Part shown: piece after piece, positions 25,101 through 31,215 of the stretch | How the letters are laid out: the number at the start of each line of letters is the position of its first letter | How positions within the stretch are numbered: position 1 is the first letter of the stretch | DNA from: Candidatus Nanohalobium constans | Lineage (GTDB): Archaea; Nanohalarchaeota; Nanosalinia; Nanosalinales; Nanosalinaceae | DNA: 32,000 nt | Direction of reading: 5' to 3' | Assembly: GCF_009617975.1 (NCBI RefSeq) | Contig: NZ_CP040089.1 | Location: forward strand, 780,001-812,000 | Program-made: the position numbers and the translations under genes | The notes under the pieces: model-generated | What the model was told of the DNA's origin: nothing | The model's database searches: none | What the model saw: only the letters and a program-made list of their open reading frames with translations

Positions 25101-26025
25101 CTACTGTTGAATCAGCTGTTCCATCTGTGTTTTGTTGTCCTTCGTAAAGTTCAACTGTTCCTGAACTGACTGGTGTGGAGCCATCGCTTTCGAAGACTGT
25201 TCCACTAACCGACTGCGTCTGAGATGCACTCGCAGTAGCAGTATCAAGTTGAGTTCCTCCGCTAGAGTCGTACATTGTTGCTGTTAATGTCTCTCCATCA
25301 CTGACTTCTCCTGGAGAATCAAGTGTAATTGATTGCTGGCTTCCACCGTTGTTCAAAGTTGCAGAGCCAACGACAGTACTGCTATCTGCTTCAGTGATTT
25401 CAACATATACATCGCCTCCGGTGTTTGAGGCCGTTGGGCTAACCTTTACATCATCGTTACTTGTCAAATCGGCTGAATTAAACGTGATTGATGCATCGGT
25501 GATGGTGAAGGAAGCTGACTCAGTTTCTCCACTTACTGATCCTCCACCGTCGCCATTTGAGACTACATCATAACTCGTATCTCCAGTATTTGCACTACTT
25601 GCGTCAACATCATCAAGAGTTAGAGTGACGTCAACTGTAGAATCCGAGCTTGACAAAGTTGACTCATCGAGTGTTAGCGTAACTGTATTACTGGTTACCG
25701 CTACACCGTTGTTTCCGCTTGAAGAAACATCTCCCGCAGATGACCCAGATAATGTGTCTAAAGTCGCACTACTAACTGTTAAACCACTATCTGCAGTAGT
25801 GACATCAATATCAACAGTAGCTTCACCACCTGAACTGCCATCGTAGTCGGTGCCGTCCTCTAATGTAAATGTGATGTCCTGAGTTTGGGCTCCCAGAGCC
25901 TTATCAAGATCGCCGACATTACCGTCTGCAATAGATTGAGTTGCTGCCGAGAATCCTGTTAGGAAAAGTAGTGTTAGAGTTGTTAAAAGTATTTTTTGTG
26001 TGTGTGAGGTGTTAGAGTTTGTCAT
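22135..26025 (-). CDS. giant (1296 aa) T/S/D-rich secreted surface protein with tandem beta-sandwich (CarboxypepD_reg-, CARDB-, Big_1-like) modules; candidate S-layer protein or adhesin
   Basis: - Signal peptide MTNSNTSHTQKILLTTLTLLFLTGFSAATQS, with GGAGGT upstream of the ATG
- SGTVFESDGSTPVSSGTVELYEG (CarboxypepD_reg-like)
- TVEAKISNVGDVSGTKDVSLEF (CARDB-like)
- ADGDEEVKFTTTVTDYSGDGIEGATVSV...NSNGEATFTATS and KVTDEFGNAVEGVNVSV (Big_1-like)
- No TM segment or PGF-CTERM at the C-terminus. Confidence 0.8.
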   Translation of the reverse strand: MTNSNTSHTQKILLTTLTLLFLTGFSAATQSIADGNVGDLDKALGAQTQDITFTLEDGTDYDGSSGGEATVDIDVTTADSGLTVSSATLDTLSGSSAGDVSSSGNNGVAVTSNTVTLTLDESTLSSSDSTVDVTLTLDDVDASSANTGDTSYDVVSNGDGGGSVSGETESASFTITDASITFNSADLTSNDDVKVSPTASNTGGDVYVEITEADSSTVVGSATLNNGGSQQSITLDSPGEVSDGETLTATMYDSSGGTQLDTATASASQTQSVSGTVFESDGSTPVSSGTVELYEGQQNTDGTADSTVDLSSNSGTYTFNDVAEGDVTIDVTGVDNHEDKSTTFTLSAGEDRTEDFSLDQSATFEAVINSGNTDDSVDQEGTLTVEAKISNVGDVSGTKDVSLEFPDGNTVDTNSDVTISAGSSSTETLTASGSETEVSSGSQTAKVVTEDDTATTSVKVNPVLDKVQVNQDSVEVGQNSALTVDLTGAKDLAGDNFTKSATVNFDTSNFAGTGDSASTSTSPTFDANGDVGGVTVLDSSGTQIQAESEVTVNAGTQLPGSGDSFTANITQVAKTITAESNTTSSDEAVADGDEEVKFTTTVTDYSGDGIEGATVSVDSGQDEGSLSDISSGDTAETNSNGEATFTATSTNSGDYTVQFSTIAGDVTSDTATAHFKPGVTDYLEITTTPSASEAGSESTEFVVTRYDANDNAVTSGSLNVDLSTNSTGENAEFRDSSSGSSTTTVTITGGPSTENFFYYDENAGDHSLTVNASDITADSVTHTVEPAAHTGYSVEPAALTQEAGTPFEVEVKAIDDYSNTVKSIDETLNGYTFTYSNPSNAPNGTSPTYPSDLSFTDGAATGSVTLVAAKDTTLKVEDGQNTPVSGTSSTITVESAAADSVSVNSEPSDSEAGSSISGTPTAKVTDEFGNAVEGVNVSVAEASGYEFDAGTTTVSTDGSGLAEFSNLQINTADTGYQLNFSIDSSADNVIDSPSTQLVQSSEFEVSPASASDVVNLSINQDFVGVVTNQGLMEISGTVVDEFGNTLQTSQGLDVHIRGTTFNKTGNGDFTAFIVPSNIGATETGSADVNVTLDGQSDVLASGEVNLVHEAFYLEEGFNLRSVPQPASLDLEGVDSVTAWNPSEGSYEEPSVGEGEMLENVSDLHRGMYFEAANSYARVGYTFETDAEKLSPGEVEMVNGWHLVGSNFDISETSDNSDVSTGGERSLDTDLQGLQNIGLDDGLTAYPEDLSASISGSKAVSGFAAYWVNVENPEYRNRAILTPNYIPGDRTSFRGLS

Positions 26026-26339
26026 CGTGGTGTATCGACCTCCGTTGAGAGATAGTTGTGGTTAGACATAGATATTGAATTATGAGTTTTGTTACTATTT
26101 TTAATGTTGTGGTGTTTGTTTTTCGGTTTCTTTCGGGCGAAAACACTTGAGAATGCTTTTTCCGTGTTCTATAGTTCGTTTCCAGTGTTTTGAGTGTAGA
26201 TTTTGACCTGTTTCAGAAGTTTTCAGCCGTGATTTTTCCGTTGTCAAGTGTTTCTGACCTGTTAATCCAGGATTTTCGACAGATATAGAGGTTCTCCACG
26301 GCAAAATTTATCTTCTCGAGTTGTAGAATGGTTAGGATT

Positions 26340-26700
26340 TGTTTGTGTTTCAAACAGTTCGGAGCCGACAGGGAGATGAACCCTCCCGCAGAGTGGTTTG
26401 TCCCGATGCCTGTGGATATTCGGGGAGGCAGTTCTTGGCTGGTTTTAACAGCGAGTCAATGCTTGAAACTTTGATAGTTAGTTTGTTTTTAGGCAGTATT
26501 GGAGGATGCGGCGGGAAAAGAATGAGTTCTTGAAACGCGGATGTGTAACATCATTTATTCTCTGGGTCCTGTGAATATGAAAACAGATTCTTTGAAATTG
26601 GTGCACCCAAAGGATTTGGGTAGTCGGATCACTTACCGATTTTAGTCCGGTCCCGGGGTTGGGCGCAAAACCGGTTTTCTATTTTGCAACTGCTGGAATA
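26340..26700. other. non-coding stretch with locally GC-rich hairpins; candidate structured RNA or complex regulatory region (identity unknown)
   Basis: - Hairpin GGGAG (26371-26375) / CTCCC (26383-26387)
- Hairpin CCCGA (26402-26406) / TCGGG (26420-26424)
- Hairpin CCCAAA (26606-26611) / TTTGGG (26615-26620)
- 12-nt palindrome AAAACCGGTTTT (26667-26678)
- The only ORFs here are basic and not halophile-like. Confidence 0.3.
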
Positions 26701-26728
26701 TTAAACGCTTGAAAATTAATGGAGGGTT

Positions 26729-27091
26729 ATGAGGGGTTTGGTTGGCAGGCTTGTGGTGATTTTCTGTATAATTATAAGTGCTTCAGGCTTGTTCCTGCTT
26801 ATGAATCGTCCTACAGGTGTTGATGTTAGCTGTGATGGCGAGATTAATGGTTTTGGCGCTCCAAGTTTTCCCTTGAAAAGTTTTGACAGCGAATGCAGGG
26901 CTCAGGTAGAGGTAAGCCTTGAAGATGAAAGGATATGTACTGGTGAGGGCAGTGTGAGAGGTAGTAGAAGTATTGTAAGTTGTGAAGGTCTTGGAGAGTA
27001 TAGTGGCGAGCAGCTGAGTGTTTCAGCCAGGTTTTACAACGGTAGTGAGAACTATGCTAACGCGAGCAGCATATTCTATAACAGGAATTAA
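26729..27091 (+). CDS. small N-terminally anchored or secreted Cys-containing protein, function unknown
   Basis: The N-terminal hydrophobic helix is LVGRLVVIFCIIISASGLFLLM. Four Cys lie in the extracytoplasmic part (VSCDGE, SECRAQ, RICTGE, VSCEGL). GGAGGG sits just upstream of the ATG. Confidence 0.5.
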   Translation: MRGLVGRLVVIFCIIISASGLFLLMNRPTGVDVSCDGEINGFGAPSFPLKSFDSECRAQVEVSLEDERICTGEGSVRGSRSIVSCEGLGEYSGEQLSVSARFYNGSENYANASSIFYNRN

Positions 27092-27103
27092 GATAGGGAT
27101 TTT

Positions 27104-27877
27104 TTAGATCTCTGTCAGGCTCTCAAGTATCCTGGCAGCATCGTTATTTTCTACCGTGTTTTGTTGTCTTAGCAAATAGATGTTTTCTCTGCTGAAAGGT
27201 CCTGAAAAAGGTAGAATTTTGAGTCCTGTTTCCTGCAGGAATCTAGGTGCTGGTAGGAGCAGGCATTTGAATCCTTCTTCCGCGTATATTTTTCTTGCCA
27301 TTTCTGCTACATTCATTTTTTCTGGTCCTGCAGCTTCCAGGGTTTCCCCATCAAATTCTTCTGTTGATTTGGCTAGTATTTCTGTTAGGTCGTCTATATG
27401 TATTGGCTGTGTCTCTGTCTTGATGTTTGGGAAGACTCTAAGCGGTGCTGCAGTTCTTATCATTTCCATCAGCTTGTTTCCCTCTCCGTATACTGTAGAA
27501 GGTCTTAGGATTGTATAGTCTCTTCCATCGTTTTTGACAAGTTTTTCTGCCTGTTTTTTGGTCTGGAAGAAGCTGTGCGGTATTTCACCTGCTTTTAGGG
27601 CAGATATGTAGATTATTTTGTCGGATTTGACAGCGTTCAACAGGTTTTCCGTGCCTTTGACATGTACCTGTCTGTATGCTTCTTCGGAATTCATGCCAGG
27701 AGCTAAGCCGATTGTATGGAATACTACATCAAATTCTTCCTCTATTTTGAAGTCTTTGGTGATATCCTGCTGGTAGTCACCAGTATTTCTGTCCAGCGTC
27801 TTGACCCGGTGTTCCTGTTCAAGCCTTTCTACGAGTTTGGAACCTATGAAGCCTGTACCTGCTACGAGTATTTTCAC
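27104..27877 (-). CDS. NAD(P)-binding Rossmann protein, atypical SDR / NAD-dependent epimerase-dehydratase family
   Basis: The N-terminus is MKILVAGTGFIGSKLVERL (a GxGxxG dinucleotide fold). At 257 aa, it has NmrA/epimerase-like overall features. The substrate is not assignable. Confidence 0.7.
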   Translation of the reverse strand: MKILVAGTGFIGSKLVERLEQEHRVKTLDRNTGDYQQDITKDFKIEEEFDVVFHTIGLAPGMNSEEAYRQVHVKGTENLLNAVKSDKIIYISALKAGEIPHSFFQTKKQAEKLVKNDGRDYTILRPSTVYGEGNKLMEMIRTAAPLRVFPNIKTETQPIHIDDLTEILAKSTEEFDGETLEAAGPEKMNVAEMARKIYAEEGFKCLLLPAPRFLQETGLKILPFSGPFSRENIYLLRQQNTVENNDAARILESLTEI

Positions 27878-27999
27878 ATTAGGGATTTTGTCGTCGGTGG
27901 CTTATCTGGTTTTTTGATTTGGATGAAATGTACTGTTGTGTTTGTTTGAAGTTCTGTTTTTAGTAGGTGAGCCGTGTTTGGTGTTTGGTGAGAACTCAG

Positions 28000-28512
28000 A
28001 TGGATGATAAGATTGATAGTTCGTACGACCTGTTTGTACATGATTTGAAATCTATGCTTTACCTGGAGAGAAGGTTGATGGATGAATTAGAGTCTATGTC
28101 AGGTGAAGTTACGAGTGATAAGTTGAGGGATGCTTTGCTGGAGCATCAGGAGGAAACTTCGGATCAGGTCGATCGTTTGGAGAGAATTTTCAATATTATG
28201 GGCGTGGATGCCGAATCACATGTGACAGCTGATTTCAGAGGGATTTTTGAAGAAGCTGAGCAGCTTAACGAAAGGATTGATGAAGTGGAATTGATTAACA
28301 TCGCTTTTCTGAACTCAGCGAAGAAAGTGGAGCACATCGAAGTCAGCAGCTACAAAAGTATGATCGATATGGCAGAAAGATTTGATATGGACGATGATGT
28401 AATAGATCTCTTGGAAGACAGCCTTGAAGAGGAAAAAGATGCAAGAGATAAGCTGGAAAGGATGTCCAAAAGCTCTTGGTGGGAAAAGATGGTTGAAAAC
28501 CTGATGCCTTAA
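28000..28512 (+). CDS. ferritin-like DUF892 (YciE/YciF family) protein
   Basis: LFVHDLKSMLYLERRLMDELESMSGEV.S.KLRDALLEHQEET..QVDRLE.IF matches the DUF892 N-terminal pattern (L....L.D.Y.AE.Q....L..M......L...L..H..ET..Q..RLE..F). The GTG at 27967 in the ORF track is replaced by the in-frame ATG at 28000. Confidence 0.75.
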   Translation: MDDKIDSSYDLFVHDLKSMLYLERRLMDELESMSGEVTSDKLRDALLEHQEETSDQVDRLERIFNIMGVDAESHVTADFRGIFEEAEQLNERIDEVELINIAFLNSAKKVEHIEVSSYKSMIDMAERFDMDDDVIDLLEDSLEEEKDARDKLERMSKSSWWEKMVENLMP

Positions 28513-28650
28513 CCTCTCTAAATCTATTGAGAATGATTTTCATATCGCATTTTTATCCTGACCGGTAAAATCAGGAATATCCAGATAGAGTTCAGTTTCA
28601 TGAGTCATGAAGCTGTAGGCTCTAAGCGTTTCATAACAGTCGTTTAAGGC

Positions 28651-28848
28651 TTAGATGGCTGCTGCCTCGGCAGGATCAGAAATTCCTATATCTTCATTAG
28701 GGAAGTAACCAAGTCCGTTATTCGAGGCATAGGTCTGGTCTAGGACTTCTGAAACATTTTCAGCATCAAATGGCAGATTCTCTAAGAACTCATCTATCGT
28801 CTTTTTGGCATCCCAGAGCTTGGCCATATCGGAAAATGCTTTCAACAT
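28651..28848 (-). CDS. hypothetical acidic protein; the frame is open for 43 further codons upstream (to 28977) without a canonical start
   Basis: The ORF from the ATG at 28848 gives 65 aa. The in-frame upstream extension reads LSLDEEAYENFVNGINDAYFASLDFLAHAEEVGADHEVYSDEA, which looks protein-like. It contains no ATG, GTG or TTG. Confidence 0.45.
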   Translation of the reverse strand: MLKAFSDMAKLWDAKKTIDEFLENLPFDAENVSEVLDQTYASNNGLGYFPNEDIGISDPAEAAAI

Positions 28849-28987
28849 TGCTTCATCAGAATAAACCTCATGATCAGCACCTACTTCTTCGGCGTGAGCC
28901 AGAAAATCTAAAGAGGCGAAATAAGCATCATTAATGCCATTAACAAAGTTCTCATAGGCTTCCTCATCTAGGGACAGCTAAAAACAC

Positions 28988-30004
28988 CTATGGATTATAC
29001 TTCTTAAAAGCCTCAGCCACCAGCAATGGGAACACCAGTGTTGCCTCAGCCTCAACTTGAGTATAGTTTTTCGTGTTCTCTTTGATTTTTCCCCAGGAAA
29101 CAGCTTCTTTCGGAGGAGCGCCGGACAGACTTCCGTCTCCTTCCATGCCTGTGGAGATGTATACAGCGTAATCAGTGCCGCCTCTGAACAGGTTCGACAT
29201 GATCGCCTGATGCTTAGGCACGCCGTCACCCACCGAGATAATCGCAGTCTTCTCAGCGCCGATTGCTTCGTTGATTAGACTGTCCCAGTCATCCAGTATC
29301 TCTATCCCTATATCCTCATCCTGTTCCTGTCTGTAGTAGAACATAAAATCTCCGATCTCAGCGTCGATCATAGCTGGGCAGTAAACAGGAATATCATTGT
29401 TCGCTGCATGATAGATGAAGGAATCCGATTCATCTAAGTCTTCGTCTTCTCCTACTGCTTCTCCAAGTTCGTAAGCCAAATCTGAAGGAGTCCTGATTTT
29501 TTCATCAGAGAAGAAATCTTCGAAGAAGTCATCGTTCAACCAGGATTCGAGCCATACATAGTGGTCAGACTCAACATAGATGTTGCCTAACCGATTGATG
29601 CCTTCTTCACGGAGCTCTGCTTCGTCGGCTTCCCATTCTCCCATCTTGAAGTCATCATTCGCCTTGATTATATCCTCCGTATGGCTTCCAGCAGAGGTAA
29701 TCATCACATCGACATAGTCTTTTCGGGCGAGGTAAGCTACTACCTCTCTAAGCCCTGAGCTGATGATATTAGAAGTGAATGTCAGGAAAATCTTGCAGTC
29801 TTCGTCACGCATCTCCTTGACAAGTTCTATCGCTTCTTTGAGGTGTGTGGCCTGGAAACCTGTTGTACTGTATTTTTCCAGCATCTCTGTCATGTCGAAG
29901 TCGCCGCGGAAATCGTAGCCTTCGACATCTTCTCCAGTAAATTTTTTCTCTGTTCCCGGTATTACATGTTCTTTTGTGTCGGAAGCGTCTTTTTCGCCTG
30001 TCAT
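28988..30004 (-). CDS. dys: deoxyhypusine synthase
   Basis: GFQATHLKEAIELVKEM......IFLTFTSNIISSGLREVV.YL......VDV.ITSAG..TEDI....., then ...PVYCPA..D..IGD and ...G..KH. This is the characteristic DHS fold pattern, and the length of 338 aa fits. Confidence 0.88.
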   Translation of the reverse strand: MTGEKDASDTKEHVIPGTEKKFTGEDVEGYDFRGDFDMTEMLEKYSTTGFQATHLKEAIELVKEMRDEDCKIFLTFTSNIISSGLREVVAYLARKDYVDVMITSAGSHTEDIIKANDDFKMGEWEADEAELREEGINRLGNIYVESDHYVWLESWLNDDFFEDFFSDEKIRTPSDLAYELGEAVGEDEDLDESDSFIYHAANNDIPVYCPAMIDAEIGDFMFYYRQEQDEDIGIEILDDWDSLINEAIGAEKTAIISVGDGVPKHQAIMSNLFRGGTDYAVYISTGMEGDGSLSGAPPKEAVSWGKIKENTKNYTQVEAEATLVFPLLVAEAFKKYNP

Positions 30005-30098
30005 ACAGATCTAACCCAGTACGAGTTTTATATTTTTGAGAAAGCGAATCAGGTTACTGGGCTTAAGGACTATAACCTTCCAGACCAGAAATTTTAAC

Positions 30099-30509
30099 AT
30101 GATGATTGGAGAAGAAAACCTTTTGAGACTAGGTATACTTTTCATATCTCTACTAGCTACAAACTTTCTAACAATACATTTGATGGCTAATTTTATACTC
30201 TACAAAGGCAGTTCTCGGGGAAAATCGCTACGACTTTCTGCAGAGTTTGCTTCACTCACAACAACACTTATCCTCAGTGTTTTAGTTTTATACAATCTGT
30301 TAAGCTTAAGTTTTGATATTACTCTTGTTTATATTGCTGCGCTTCTCTTAGGAGGAGAAGGATTACTCGTGGGAATTGTGAAATGGTGGTATATCCACAG
30401 AGAGTTGGATACAACCTGGCTAGAAGCATTCATTATATCTGAATGGTTTAAGATTGCTGTTTCGATCCTGCTGGCAGTAGTGCTGGCGCTTTTCCCCAAC
30501 CTATTTTAG
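30099..30509 (+). CDS. small polytopic membrane protein, function unknown
   Basis: There are four hydrophobic helices, including LLRLGILFISLLATNFLTIHLMANFIL, LTTTLILSVLVLYNLLSL and ITLVYIAALLLGGEGLLVGIV. The ORF track begins at a TTG at 30036; the first ATG is at 30099 (MMIGEEN). Confidence 0.55.
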   Translation: MMIGEENLLRLGILFISLLATNFLTIHLMANFILYKGSSRGKSLRLSAEFASLTTTLILSVLVLYNLLSLSFDITLVYIAALLLGGEGLLVGIVKWWYIHRELDTTWLEAFIISEWFKIAVSILLAVVLALFPNLF

Positions 30510-30530
30510 ATCTGACTTAGATAAGAATTG

Positions 30531-30540
30531 TTTAAAAAAA
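30531..30540 (+). promoter_or_regulatory. TATA-like box (TTTAAAAAAA) upstream of tRNA-Phe
   Basis: It lies 34 to 25 nt upstream of the tRNA 5' end at 30565. Confidence 0.45.
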
Positions 30541-30564
30541 CTTTACTCGAAGCCTTTGTTATAA

Positions 30565-30638
30565 GGCCGAATAGCTCAGCCTGGGAGAGCGCTTCACTGA
30601 AGATGGAGTTGTCCCCGGTTCAAATCCGGGTTCGGCCA
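30565..30638 (+). tRNA. tRNA-Phe(GAA), intron-less, 74 nt
   Basis: Hand fold:
- Acceptor GGCCGAA / TTCGGCC
- D arm GCTC-AGCCTGGGA-GAGC
- Anticodon arm CTTCA-CTGAAGA-TGGAG
- Variable loop TTGTC
- T arm CCCGG-TTCAAAT-CCGGG
- Discriminator A30638. Confidence 0.92.
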
Positions 30639-30671
30639 AAAAATTTATCATTTTCTCAAGAACAGGATTTT

Positions 30672-30956
30672 ATGAGCACCATTTTTTCTCAGAATCATAC
30701 TATCTCACTTGTTGAATATGGAGCACAAGAATCGGATATTGAGAAACTTCTTGAACACGAATTTGACGAAGTAGAAAGCATAGGAGATAACATCTACCAG
30801 ATAAGAACCTCTGTAGGATCTGCTGTAGTAGATAACCAGGACGATAAACTACATCCTTCAGTTTTAGAAGATGAATACGAAAATCCTGTTGAGATATCAG
30901 GCGCTGAAGGCATTGTTGAAAGAGCTAGGAGTTACCTGGACAACAGAACGATTTAA
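30672..30956 (+). CDS. hypothetical small acidic protein (94 aa)
   Basis: The ORF-track start at 30528 would run through tRNA-Phe. The first ATG downstream of the tRNA is at 30672 (MSTIFSQNHT...). The composition is acidic. Confidence 0.5.
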   Translation: MSTIFSQNHTISLVEYGAQESDIEKLLEHEFDEVESIGDNIYQIRTSVGSAVVDNQDDKLHPSVLEDEYENPVEISGAEGIVERARSYLDNRTI

Positions 30957-30957
30957 T

Positions 30958-31164
30958 CTACCACGGGTCGTGTTCGTAGCCGTGTTCTTCTGCTCTTTCA
31001 ATCATGTCTTCTTCGTCAACTTCCTTTACAGGTGCTTTCTGCCAGTCTTCAAAGTCATCGTTTATTTTCTCAGTTGCTTCGGCCTCTTCCTCACTCATTA
31101 CTGAGACATTAGCGGTTTCGCCATTGTATATTTCGATTATCCAGTAGTTGTTCTCCTCTCCCAC
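30958..31164 (-). CDS. hypothetical small acidic protein (68 aa, GTG start)
   Basis: The ORF has acidic composition (..EEEAEATEKINDDFEDWQ...). It is convergent with 30672..30956. I recognised no motif. Confidence 0.4.
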   Translation of the reverse strand: MGEENNYWIIEIYNGETANVSVMSEEEAEATEKINDDFEDWQKAPVKEVDEEDMIERAEEHGYEHDPW

Positions 31165-31215
31165 AATTATCTATTCCTCATTGAAACTTTACCTCAATTC
31201 CTCTTAAATACTCTG

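Noticed and set aside
18157-26025. Idea that tRNA-Asn marks the integration site of a genomic island carrying the lipoprotein, the COG1373 ATPase and the surface-protein operon.
   Set aside because: There is no integrase, recombinase or transposase ORF. I found no direct repeat of the tRNA 3' end downstream by eye, and there is no obvious compositional break.
26141-26263. Short repeats upstream of the giant surface gene: inverted AAACACTTGA (26141-26150) / TCAAGTGTTT (26244-26253), and direct TGACCTGTT (26204-26212 and 26255-26263).
   Set aside because: Matches of 9-10 nt in a T-rich spacer are weak evidence on their own. I could not extend them into longer alignments. They are noted in case motif searches later give them meaning.
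26371-26424. Superficial resemblance of GGGAGATGAACCCTCCC...CCCGATGCCTGTGG to the fluoride (crcB-motif) riboswitch (GGnGAUGG...CC ... GAUGnCCUAC).
   Set aside because: Key conserved elements as I remember them (the AACCGCC-like segment and the exact pseudoknot partners) are missing. The nearest downstream gene is about 300 nt away and is not a fluoride transporter or related function.
26340-26700. Possibility that the GC-rich gap encodes SRP (7S) RNA, RNase P RNA or 5S rRNA.
   Set aside because: I could not find the diagnostic motifs on either strand. These are the helix-8 GGAA/AGCA context for SRP RNA, GAGGAAAGUCC with ACAGAA...GGCUUA at the proper separation for RNase P, and CCGAACACGGAAGUUAAGC-like sequence for 5S. 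It is kept only as an unidentified candidate.
30528-30671. The ORF-track start at 30528 for the 142-aa ORF.
   Set aside because: The first 48 codons run straight through tRNA-Phe (30565-30638) and its promoter. The real CDS, if any, starts at the ATG at 30672.
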